In this document: positions 18,992 to 27,182 of the stretch, in pieces | How positions within the stretch are numbered: the first letter of the stretch is position 1 | Layout of the letters: every line of letters begins with the position of its first letter | NCBI GenBank assembly: GCA_035550795.1 | Contig: DASZOL010000052.1 | Coordinates: forward strand, 23,266-87,265 | Reading direction: 5' to 3' | Length of the DNA stretch: 64,000 bases | Source: Candidatus Methylomirabilota bacterium | Lineage (GTDB): Bacteria > Methylomirabilota > Methylomirabilia > Rokubacteriales > DASRDR01 | The notes under the pieces: generated by a model | The model's input: only the letters and a program-made list of their open reading frames with translations | Databases searched by the model: none | Told to the model about the DNA's origin: nothing | Translations under genes and position numbers: made by a program

Positions 18992-19440
18992 CCAGGAAGG
19001 CCACCAAGCCTGAGGCGCGGAAGCCTCCGACGGCCGGCGGCGGGAAGGAACCGCTCGTCCTCATCGTGGACGACGTCCAGGACAACCGGACGGTGTACGT
19101 GCTGTTCCTCAGGTTCTCGGGCTTCCGGGTCGCCGAGGCCGAAAACGGCGTGGAAGCGCTTCGCCAGGCCGAGGCCCTCGTGCCGGACATCATCGTCATG
19201 GACCTGTCGCTCCCGGTGATGGACGGCTGGGAGGCCACCCGGCATTTGAAGCGGGGCCGCCGGACCGAGGGGATTCCGGTCATCGCACTGACCGGCCACG
19301 CCCTCCCGGAGCATGCGAAGGCGGCCCGCGAGGCCGGCTGCGACCTGGTCATCACGAAGCCATGTCTGCCCGATCAGCTCGTGGACGCGATTCGGCGTAT
19401 CCTTGACTCGTCGAAGCTCCGGCCGAAGGGCGGGAGGTGA
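18988..19440 (+). CDS. Single-domain response regulator (CheY-like receiver only)
   Basis: LIVDDVQDNR...IIVMDLSLPVMDGWE...ALTGHA...ITKP receiver signature. GTGA overlap with the kinase stop. Confidence 0.8.
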   Translation: MTRKATKPEARKPPTAGGGKEPLVLIVDDVQDNRTVYVLFLRFSGFRVAEAENGVEALRQAEALVPDIIVMDLSLPVMDGWEATRHLKRGRRTEGIPVIALTGHALPEHAKAAREAGCDLVITKPCLPDQLVDAIRRILDSSKLRPKGGR

Positions 19441-19444
19441 TGCC

Positions 19445-20425
19445 GTGAAGAGGAAGCGCTCGAAACCGGGGGCCCGGCGTGCGGGAGTCTCCCGTCCGGA
19501 CGCGCCCGGACGTGCGGCCCCGACGAAGCGCCCGACGTCCGCCACGCCCCCCGCGAAGCGGAAGCTGGGCGGGGTCGCGGCGCCGACTGGCGCCGTCGCT
19601 CGGAGCGCGTCTCCCCGGCGGCCGCCCGGCGTGGTCGACACCCCTTCGGCGAGCCGAGCGCGCGAAAGCCGCGGCAAGTACGTGTACTGCATCATCCAAA
19701 GCGGCGCGGCACGCCGCTTTGGGCCGATCGGTCTCGGTGGCACGCCGACCGAGGTCCATACCGTCAGCTTCCGGGAGATCGCCGCCGTCGTCTCGGATAC
19801 GCCCGAAGAGGTCCTGGACGCGACGCGCGAAAACGTTCTTGCGCACGAGCGGGTGAACGAGACGGTCATGAGGAGCTTCACGGTGATCCCGATGTCCTTC
19901 GGGACCGTGTTCAAGACGCGCGACGACATCGTGGAGCTCCTGCGGGGCGCCTACGACGCCTTCCGCGACGTTCTGGACAAGATGCAGGATAAGGTGGAAT
20001 TCGGCCTCAAGGTGCTGTGGGACCGGGATGTCATGATCCGGGAGATCGAGAACGACGACGACGACATCCGGCGGCTCAAGAACGAGATCTCCGACGTTCC
20101 CGGCTCGACCTACTTTGCGCGGATGCAGTACGGCCGGCAGATCGAGGCGGCGCTCCAGGGGCGGTCCGAGCAGTGCGTGGCCGACATCTTCGCGCAGCTT
20201 CGGGACGTGTCGGTGGCTGCCCGGGCCAACAAGCCCATCGGCGACAAGATGATCATGAACGCGGCCTTCCTGGTCTCGCGGGACAAGGAAACGGCCTTCG
20301 ACGCGAAGGTCAAGGAAGTCGGCGCCCTCTACGACAAGTTCAATTTCCGCTACACGGGGCCCTGGCCGCCGTACAACTTCGTCAACATCCGCCTCAAGCT
20401 CGAGCGCGCGCGGGAGTCCGAGTGA
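19445..20425 (+). CDS. gvpF: Gas vesicle protein GvpF/GvpL family (paralog 1) with Lys/Arg/Pro-rich N-terminal extension
   Basis: YVYCIIQS...FREIAAVVS...VIPMSFGTVF...RYTGPWPPYNFVNIRL (GvpF/L signatures). Proposed GTG start 4 nt after the response regulator stop; the start is uncertain. Confidence 0.75.
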   Translation: MKRKRSKPGARRAGVSRPDAPGRAAPTKRPTSATPPAKRKLGGVAAPTGAVARSASPRRPPGVVDTPSASRARESRGKYVYCIIQSGAARRFGPIGLGGTPTEVHTVSFREIAAVVSDTPEEVLDATRENVLAHERVNETVMRSFTVIPMSFGTVFKTRDDIVELLRGAYDAFRDVLDKMQDKVEFGLKVLWDRDVMIREIENDDDDIRRLKNEISDVPGSTYFARMQYGRQIEAALQGRSEQCVADIFAQLRDVSVAARANKPIGDKMIMNAAFLVSRDKETAFDAKVKEVGALYDKFNFRYTGPWPPYNFVNIRLKLERARESE

Positions 20426-20748
20426 TCATCCTCGACACGCTCCTCGTCGGCGGCCTCAAGTTCGTGCTGGGCAAGATCGCCGCCGCCGTAGACGCCGAGC
20501 TGGCCGACGACGCGGTGTGGCGCGAGGAGCTGCTGGCCGCCCAGATGCGCCTGGAGCTCGGCGAGATCACGGAGGACGAGTTCGCCCGGATCGAGCGTGA
20601 GCTGCTGGGCCGAATCCGGGAGATCCGTGAGCGTCAGCATGGACGCCCGGAGCCGCCGGGCACCTTCAGGGTCACCGGGGTGGAGGCGAGCGTCGTGGAC
20701 GACGACGCGTTCGTCGAGGGCCGCGACGGCGGCGCTTCCACCCGGTGA
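20422..20748 (+). CDS. gvpG: Gas vesicle protein GvpG
   Basis: IILDTLLVGGLKFVLGKIAAAVDAELADD...LLAAQMRLELGEITEDEFARIERELLGRIREIR matches the GvpG family. GTGA overlap with the gvpF stop. Confidence 0.7.
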   Translation: MIILDTLLVGGLKFVLGKIAAAVDAELADDAVWREELLAAQMRLELGEITEDEFARIERELLGRIREIRERQHGRPEPPGTFRVTGVEASVVDDDAFVEGRDGGASTR

Positions 20749-22757
20749 CGCGGCCGGTCCCCGGACGCCCGGCCCCCCGCTACGAGTTCATCGGGGGCAA
20801 GGGCGGGGTCGGCAAGACGACCGCGGCGGCGGCCGTCGCGCTCGCCGCCAGTGTCGCCCGCCGTCGGACCCTGGTGGTGTCGACCGATCCTGCGCACTCC
20901 CTCGGTGACGCGCTCGGTCGGCGGGTGGGTGCGCGGGTCACGCGGATCCCGGTGAAAGGCGCGGCCTTCGACGCCCTGGAGCTGGACGCGGACCGTGCCC
21001 TCGTCCGCTGGCTCCGCGCGCGCCGCGCGCCCCTTCAGCTGATCGCGGAGCGCGGCACGTATCTCGACCCCGCGGACGTGGACCGCTTCCTCGGATTGAG
21101 CTTCCCCGGCGTCGACGAGCTGGGGGGGCTCCTGGAGCTGACGCGAGTGGCGGAGGCAGGCCGCTACGAGACGGTGGTCGTCGACACCGCGCCCACCGGG
21201 CACACGCTCCGGCTCCTGGCGGTCCCGGAGGCCTTGCAGCGGATTGCGGCCGTGCTCGGGGAGATGCTGGCCAAGCACCACTTCCTGCTCACCCGGCTCT
21301 CGGGCCACGACCGCCGCGATGCCGCCGACCGCCTGGTCGCCGAGCTCGACACCGAGGCCACCCGCCTGGCGAGCCTCCTCCGCGATCCCCGTCGCTGCCG
21401 GTTCCGGTGGATGGTGGTGCCCGAGATGCTCGCGGTCGAGGAGGCGCGCGACGCGGTCCATGCGCTCGAGGTCAGCGGCATCGCGATCGGTGAGATCCTC
21501 GTGAACCGGGTGACGCGGCCCCGGGCTGCAGGCGGCGCGCTGGAGCGTCAACGGGTGCGCGCGGAGCGCGAGGCCATCGCCGCCGTCCGGGCGGCCTTCC
21601 CGGATCGACCGGTCCGGCTCGTTCCGGCGCTCCACGAGGAGCCAAGCGGGCCAGCCGCGCTGCGACGGCTTGTCCGCAGCCTCGGCCTGCGCACGCGCGC
21701 TCACCGGCTCACACCGCGTCGCCCGGTGCGGCCTGCCACTCCACGCCGCCCGGCGCCGCAGGCTCCCGGGATCGCGGTCGCCTGGGCGCCACTGCTCGCC
21801 CCCGCCGGTGTCCGCCTCCTTCTCGTCGCCGGCAAGGGTGGAGTGGGAAAGACGACCTGCGCGACCGCGGCGGCCCTCGCGCTCGGCGAGACCGCGCCCG
21901 GTCGTCGCATCTTGCTCCTGTCGACGGACCCGGCCCATTCGCTCGGCGACGTCCTGAGCACGCCCGTCGGCGACGAGGAACGGCGAGTGCCGGGCGGGCC
22001 CGCCGCCCTCGGCGTTCGGGAGCTCGACGCGGACCGCGCGTTTGCCGCCCGACGCGAGCGCTATCGGGCGGCGGTCGACCAGCTCTTCGACGCGATCCGT
22101 GGCGATTCCCGATTCGACGTCGCCTTCGACCGAGCCGTGGCGCGCGATCTGCTCGACCTGGCCCCCGGCGGCCTGGACGAGCTGTGTGCGCTCCTGACCG
22201 TGACGGAGGTGCTGTTCCCGCCCGGGTCCGGCACACCTCGCCACGACCTGGTGATCGTCGACACGGCGCCCACGGGCCACACGCTGCGGCTGCTCGCGAT
22301 GCCGGGCTTAGCCCTCGAGTGGGTGCGGGCACTGCTGACTACCCTGCTCAAGTATCGTCAGGCCCTTGGCCTGGGCGCCCTGGCGGCGGATCTCGTCGAG
22401 CTCTCGCGGGGCTGCCGGCAGCTCCAGACGCTTCTCACGGATCCCCGTCAGGCCCGTGCCGTCGTGGTGACCCGCGCGGCCGCACTTCCCCGTCTCGAAA
22501 CGGTCCGGCTGTTGCGCCGACTCGGCGCCCTCGGGCTCACGGTGTCCGCCGTCGTCGTGAATGCCCTCACGCCGTCAGCCGGCGCCCGCGCGGCGGTCAC
22601 GCGCATCGAGGCGGCCGAGGTGGGGCGTCTGCGCGCGGCCGTCCGTTCCCCTCTGGGCCGGACGTCCCTGCTCCTGGCGCCTGCCGTCGCTCCGCCACCG
22701 ACGGGCGTGGAGGCCCTTCGGAGCTGGGCGCGGACGTGGAGTCGAGCGGCCTCGTGA
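20745..22757 (+). CDS. Tandem (two-lobed) ArsA/Get3-family anion-transporting-type ATPase embedded in the gas vesicle operon
   Basis: Two repeats of the deviant Walker A GGKGGVGKTT plus VVSTDPAHSLGD plus the ArsA signature DTAPTGHTLRLL (first half about 20790-21230, second about 21830-22290). GTGA overlaps at both ends. Confidence 0.8.
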   Translation: MTRPVPGRPAPRYEFIGGKGGVGKTTAAAAVALAASVARRRTLVVSTDPAHSLGDALGRRVGARVTRIPVKGAAFDALELDADRALVRWLRARRAPLQLIAERGTYLDPADVDRFLGLSFPGVDELGGLLELTRVAEAGRYETVVVDTAPTGHTLRLLAVPEALQRIAAVLGEMLAKHHFLLTRLSGHDRRDAADRLVAELDTEATRLASLLRDPRRCRFRWMVVPEMLAVEEARDAVHALEVSGIAIGEILVNRVTRPRAAGGALERQRVRAEREAIAAVRAAFPDRPVRLVPALHEEPSGPAALRRLVRSLGLRTRAHRLTPRRPVRPATPRRPAPQAPGIAVAWAPLLAPAGVRLLLVAGKGGVGKTTCATAAALALGETAPGRRILLLSTDPAHSLGDVLSTPVGDEERRVPGGPAALGVRELDADRAFAARRERYRAAVDQLFDAIRGDSRFDVAFDRAVARDLLDLAPGGLDELCALLTVTEVLFPPGSGTPRHDLVIVDTAPTGHTLRLLAMPGLALEWVRALLTTLLKYRQALGLGALAADLVELSRGCRQLQTLLTDPRQARAVVVTRAAALPRLETVRLLRRLGALGLTVSAVVVNALTPSAGARAAVTRIEAAEVGRLRAAVRSPLGRTSLLLAPAVAPPPTGVEALRSWARTWSRAAS

Positions 22758-23599
22758 CCGGCTCACCGAGAGCCGCGACACGGCCGGGGGCCGGCGCGCC
22801 AGCGAGGGCGTCCGGCCGGACGGCGACGTACGCGTACTGCGTGGTGCGAAGCGCCCGCACCCCGGACCTTCGGAGCGCGCCTCGCGGGCTGCCGAGCACG
22901 GGACGGCCTCGCGCCGTCGCCGCGGGGCAGGCGCTCTGGCTGATCGTCGCCGACGCGCCGCTCCCCCACTACGGCGAGGAGGCGCTTGGGCGCGTCGTCC
23001 GCGACCTCGAGGCCGTGTCGAGGTGCGCGGTAGCCCACTCCGCGGTCATCGCTTACTGCGCCGGGCGGGGTCCCGTCCTGCCGCTGCGCCTCCTGACCCT
23101 CTTCGCAAGCGACGAGCGGGCGCTGGCCGAGGTGCGCCGGCGGCGGGCCGCCATCGAACGCCGGTTGACGCACGTGGCCGGCCGCGCGGAATGGGGCGTC
23201 CAGGTGCGGCTCGCCACGCAGGGCGGGCGCCCGGCCCGGCGCGCCCGGACAAGGGCCCGCCGGCAAACGGCCGGGCTCAGCCCGGGCACACGGTTTCTCG
23301 AGCTCCGCCGCCAGGAGCGCGAATCGACGCGCGGCCTTGCCGACGAGGCGCGGACCGCGGTGGCCGGTCTGTACCGGGCACTGGCCCGTAGGGCCGATGA
23401 CGCCCGCCAGCGGCCTCCGGTGGCCGTGGACGGCAGGCCGGCGCTGCTTCTCGACGCGGCGTTCCTCGTGCCGCGGGTCCGCGCCGCGGCCTTCCGGCAG
23501 GCCGTCCGGTCGGAGACGACGCGTCTGGCTGATCGCGGAGTGCACGTCCGGCTGACCGGCCCATGGCCGCCGTACAGCTTCGTCGCAGGACGTCTCTGA
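22754..23599 (+). CDS. gvpL: Gas vesicle protein GvpL/GvpF family (paralog 2)
   Basis: YAYCVVRS...LWLIVADAPL...LTGPWPPYSFVAGRL. Proposed GTG 22754 overlaps the ArsA TGA (GTGA); an alternative GTG lies at 22736. Confidence 0.7.
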   Translation: MTGSPRAATRPGAGAPARASGRTATYAYCVVRSARTPDLRSAPRGLPSTGRPRAVAAGQALWLIVADAPLPHYGEEALGRVVRDLEAVSRCAVAHSAVIAYCAGRGPVLPLRLLTLFASDERALAEVRRRRAAIERRLTHVAGRAEWGVQVRLATQGGRPARRARTRARRQTAGLSPGTRFLELRRQERESTRGLADEARTAVAGLYRALARRADDARQRPPVAVDGRPALLLDAAFLVPRVRAAAFRQAVRSETTRLADRGVHVRLTGPWPPYSFVAGRL

Positions 23600-23808
23600 C
23601 TCACCGCCGGCGCGCGCGGCGGACCCGCCCGCGTGCTCCCGACGCGTCTGCGTCGCTCCTGGACGTCGTGGATCACGTCCTCACCAAGGGCGTGGTCGTC
23701 TCGGGAGATGTCGTGCTCGCCCTAGCCGACGTCGACCTCGTATACCTGCGCTTGTCGGTGCTCCTGTGCGCCGCCGATCGACTGGCTCCGCGGCGGGGCC
23801 GAAGGTGA
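23563..23808 (+). CDS. gvpS: Small GvpA-family gas vesicle protein (GvpS/GvpJ-like) with Arg-rich N-terminus; start uncertain
   Basis: Core LLDVVDHVLTKGVVVSGDVVLALADVDLVYLRLSVLL is GvpA-family like. Confidence 0.6.
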   Translation: MAAVQLRRRTSLTHRRRARRTRPRAPDASASLLDVVDHVLTKGVVVSGDVVLALADVDLVYLRLSVLLCAADRLAPRRGRR

Positions 23809-24497
23809 GCGTCCTCTACATCTACGCGCTCGTCAGCGGCGGGCCGCGAGGCGACGTAGGCCGCGGGCTCCGGCGGGAGCGCCTGGAGGTACTCGCGGGC
23901 CGCGGATTCCACGTGATCGCGGGCCGGATGGACACGTCACCCGAGCCCGCGATGGCCGCTTTCCGGCGGCACGACGCCACGATCCGCCGGATCGCCGTCA
24001 GGGTCGACGCCATCCTGCCTGTCCGATTCGGCTCGACGGTGCCGGACGAGGGCGCGGTGGCGCGATTGCTCTCGGCGCGGGCGCCCGAGCTTGCGAGTCG
24101 GCTCGCGCACGTGCGGGGACACGAGCAGATGACGCTCCGCCTGTACGGGCCCCGCGGAGGAAGACCCCGGCCCACCGCGTTGCCAGCCGACACGCGCCCC
24201 AGAGCCCGGCTCGGCCCCGGCGCGCGCTACCTCGCCGCGCGGCAGCGCCTCGGCGCCCCGACCGTCCCCGAGCTCGACGCGATTCGCCCGCTGCTGCAGG
24301 GCCTCATCGCAGATGAGCGGGTTCAGCGCCACAAGACCCCGCCGCTTCTCGCCAGCGTGTATCACCTGGTGGCGCGAGATCGGCGGGCCCAGTATCGCGC
24401 GCGCGTCACCCGGGCCGCTGCCCGCCTCGCGCCGCTCCGCCTCACGGTGAGTGGTCCGTGGCCCCCGTATGCCTTCGGGACTGACCCGTGGCCGTGA
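23805..24497 (+). CDS. Gas vesicle protein GvpF/GvpL family (paralog 3)
   Basis: VSVLYIYALVSG...LTVSGPWPPYAFG. GTGA overlap with the gvpS-like stop. Confidence 0.7.
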   Translation: MSVLYIYALVSGGPRGDVGRGLRRERLEVLAGRGFHVIAGRMDTSPEPAMAAFRRHDATIRRIAVRVDAILPVRFGSTVPDEGAVARLLSARAPELASRLAHVRGHEQMTLRLYGPRGGRPRPTALPADTRPRARLGPGARYLAARQRLGAPTVPELDAIRPLLQGLIADERVQRHKTPPLLASVYHLVARDRRAQYRARVTRAAARLAPLRLTVSGPWPPYAFGTDPWP

Positions 24498-24850
24498 AGC
24501 GCCGCCGGATGAGCGTGAAGACCGTCAGGGCGAGGGAGCTCCGCGCGCTGCAGTCGGAGCTACGGCAGCGCCGCCCTACCGGCGGGCCCGCACGCTGGAA
24601 CGCTCATCCCGACGATGTGCAGCGCGCCATGGCACAGCTGGTGCTGACGCTCGTCGACTTCGTGCGTCAGCTTCTCGAGCGTCAAGCCATCCGGCGGCTC
24701 GAGGAGGGTACGCTGTCCCCCGCGGAGATCGAGGCCGTGGGACTTGCCCTGCTTCGTCTCGAGAAGGCGATTCGCGCCCTGGCCCGGCGTTTCGGTCTCA
24801 CGCCGAAGGACCTGACGCTGGACCTGGGTCCCCTGGGACGCCTGACCTGA
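24494..24850 (+). CDS. gvpK: Gas vesicle protein GvpK
   Basis: AMAQLVLTLVDFVRQLLERQAIRRLEEGTLSPAEIEAVGLALLRLEKAIRALARRFGLTPKDLTLDLGPLGRL is canonical GvpK. GTG 24494 overlaps the upstream TGA; an alternative GTG lies at 24488. Confidence 0.8.
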   Translation: MKRRRMSVKTVRARELRALQSELRQRRPTGGPARWNAHPDDVQRAMAQLVLTLVDFVRQLLERQAIRRLEEGTLSPAEIEAVGLALLRLEKAIRALARRFGLTPKDLTLDLGPLGRLT

Positions 24851-24878
24851 GGCGCCCCGCCCCTCCCGCGCGCCGGAG

Positions 24879-25706
24879 TCAGCCTCCGGGCGCAGGATGC
24901 TCGTAGTGGCGCCGGGCCCGCTGGAGAAGCGGCTCCACCGCCTCCGGAACGAACTCCTGCGCGGCAAAGATCGCTGCCTGCCCGTCCGGCATCACGACCG
25001 GACGTGCGTAGTGGGCGAGAAAGGCTCGACGAAGAAACCCCGCGTCCCGTGCGGACCCGAAGACCTCGGCGTAGGCGGATTTCACCGCGTGATCGAGTCG
25101 CGCGTAGTCCTCGACGGGCACGAGATACGAGTGCGCCGCGAGGACGCGCTGCAAGAGGCCCTGGTAGGCATGGGCATCGAATGCGTCGATGGAGTAGCCG
25201 CACAGGAGTGCGATCCGTTCGGCCGCCACCAGATGGTTCCACATCTCCTCGATCTGCAGCACGGCATCAAGGTTGGTCCGACGCAGCAGGTTCACCCACT
25301 CGCCGAACGCGCGAAGCTGCTGGTAGCCGGCGAGCCTCGCCGCCTTGACCATCCCGCCGATCACGGTCTGGAAGCGCTCCCGGTCGGGGAGGCTGCCAAC
25401 CAGCAGCTCGGACAGCGTCTGCGAGGCGTCGAGCATCGTCAGCTGCCCGCGACGAGACAGATCGGCCAGCGCGAACCCGTCTGCCTCGAGTCGGCGGACG
25501 ACGGCTTGACGGTGCGCGATCGTGGCGACCAGGATAACCGCCTCGTTCCGGCGAAGGCCCGCGCCGGCGAACTCGACGACCGCGCGGACCAAGCTGTCTT
25601 GCTCGGTGTAGAGCTGGGCGACGTGTTGCCCGTGCGGGGGCGCCCCGAGAACGCTCTCCCGGGTGCCGTCAGCTCGAAGCGAAGGCATGGCGTCGTCGCT
25701 GGCCAT
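24879..25706 (-). CDS. MEDS-domain protein (DcmR-like sensory domain), convergent with gvpK
   Basis: HVAQLYTEQDSLVRAVVEFAGAGLRRNEAVILVAT...GELLVGSLPDRERF pattern typical of MEDS. ATG 25706. Confidence 0.6.
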   Translation of the reverse strand: MASDDAMPSLRADGTRESVLGAPPHGQHVAQLYTEQDSLVRAVVEFAGAGLRRNEAVILVATIAHRQAVVRRLEADGFALADLSRRGQLTMLDASQTLSELLVGSLPDRERFQTVIGGMVKAARLAGYQQLRAFGEWVNLLRRTNLDAVLQIEEMWNHLVAAERIALLCGYSIDAFDAHAYQGLLQRVLAAHSYLVPVEDYARLDHAVKSAYAEVFGSARDAGFLRRAFLAHYARPVVMPDGQAAIFAAQEFVPEAVEPLLQRARRHYEHPAPGG

Positions 25707-25812
25707 GTGGCCCACTGTTACGATCGGCGCACGACCAGTCGGGGTGGATCGTCGGGCCGCATGTTGGCCGCGGAACTCGTGAGAGTTAAAGCGCATTGCG
25801 TGGCGACCGGGA

Positions 25813-26238
25813 TCACGGGGCATGCGGCAGACTCCGGGACCTGCGACGATGTGTCGCCTCCGCGTGTCGAATGGCGCGCGCGGCGGCGGCCGCGTGGACC
25901 AGGGCCTCATGGAGAGCGAGGGCCTCCTGGACCCGGGCGCGTGCAATCCGACGGGCCGTCTGTACCTCGGACCGGAGGTCCAGCGCCCGCTCCAGGGCCC
26001 CCTGTAGATAGGTGGCGCTCAGACCGCTGGCCCAGTACAACACGTGCTCGCGCTTCCCTTGCGTCGTTTCCCGATCGGTCGCGATGACGGCGTCCGTCGT
26101 CAACGAGAAAAAGACGAGCCACGCTTCCCACAGCCCGCCGGGTTGTCGATCCATGTAGGCCCGAGCCACGTACTGCTCGCCGGAAGAACCCCTCAGGACC
26201 GCGGTGTACTGCTGAACGAGCTGGAAATTCCTCGTCAT
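25813..26238 (-). CDS. Hypothetical protein
   Basis: Clean ORF with diverse composition upstream of, and co-oriented with, the MEDS gene. No family recognised. Confidence 0.4.
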   Translation of the reverse strand: MTRNFQLVQQYTAVLRGSSGEQYVARAYMDRQPGGLWEAWLVFFSLTTDAVIATDRETTQGKREHVLYWASGLSATYLQGALERALDLRSEVQTARRIARARVQEALALHEALVHAAAAARAIRHAEATHRRRSRSLPHAP

Positions 26239-26355
26239 CAGTCAGCCCTGCCCGCCGCCGCAAGCCGGGGGTCGGGCCTCGCACCTCGACCGCCGCGCGG
26301 GCCGTGACATCGCGTCCTCGGCCGCCCCGGCGTCGTGGACACCGTGGCCCTTGGA

Positions 26356-26925
26356 CTATCCATGGACCGACACGCCCGCGGCTTCCGACTCCTCCAGCTC
26401 CTGTCGCCCGGAAGATCCTCGCCCGGCTCTCTTGACCGGCTCGGCGCGCGACGATCCCGGCGTCTCGACGAGCATCGAGACGACCAGCGCGCAGAATCCG
26501 GCCAGCTGGATGACAAAGCCTGCGGCGTGTCCATACTCCCATCGGATGCGCAGCTGCATCCACAGGTCCGGTACCGAATCCGGGGACACGCGCAAGGCTT
26601 CCGCGATCTGCTGGTTCGCGGGCGCAACGAGGGCCAGCCACGATCCGAAGGCCATCAGGAGACAGGCCGCACCGGCCAGGGTCCAGCCGAAGGCGAGCCG
26701 GCGCCGGCGAACAAGGAACGCCAGGATACCCGCGGCGGTGATCGAGCCGAGCGTATAGACGGCGCCGACGATCGCGAAATACCGGTACAGGGTCGTGTTA
26801 ACGGCCGAGTACAGCTCCGCGTCGTACAGCATCTTCTGAGGCAACTCTAAGACGTGGGCCGAGGTCATGGTCAGCGCGAGCGCGGTGCAGACGAGCGTGA
26901 GGAAGCGCCAGACGCGCAGAAGCAT
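26356..26925 (-). CDS. DUF1772 (anthrone oxygenase-like) membrane protein
   Basis: Four TM helices. N-terminal HVLELPQKMLYDAELY motif characteristic of DUF1772. Confidence 0.6.
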   Translation of the reverse strand: MLLRVWRFLTLVCTALALTMTSAHVLELPQKMLYDAELYSAVNTTLYRYFAIVGAVYTLGSITAAGILAFLVRRRRLAFGWTLAGAACLLMAFGSWLALVAPANQQIAEALRVSPDSVPDLWMQLRIRWEYGHAAGFVIQLAGFCALVVSMLVETPGSSRAEPVKRAGRGSSGRQELEESEAAGVSVHG

Positions 26926-27182
26926 CAGTAGTCCCGAAGGATCGGCAAGCCGTTACTCGGTCCGGAAAGCGGCCGCCAGCCCATCGGCCGGTGGGCCGCT
27001 TCTGGATGCCTCACGCGGCCGCGACCGGTCACTCCGTGGCCTCGACGCTGTTCGTCGCCCCAGGCGACCATGGCGGCGGCGCCGACCCCGAGCGCCAGCG
27101 TGGCGAGCGACGCCATTCGCGTCCGCGCCATCGCGCGCCCCACTCCCCTCAGCCCGACCGGCGTCGCCGCCGCAGCACGGTG

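Noticed and set aside
24851-24878. Short GC inverted repeat between the convergent gvpK and MEDS genes, as a bidirectional terminator
   Set aside because: The stem is only about 5 bp with no U-tract. It is too weak to call as a feature, so it is mentioned only in the MEDS finding.
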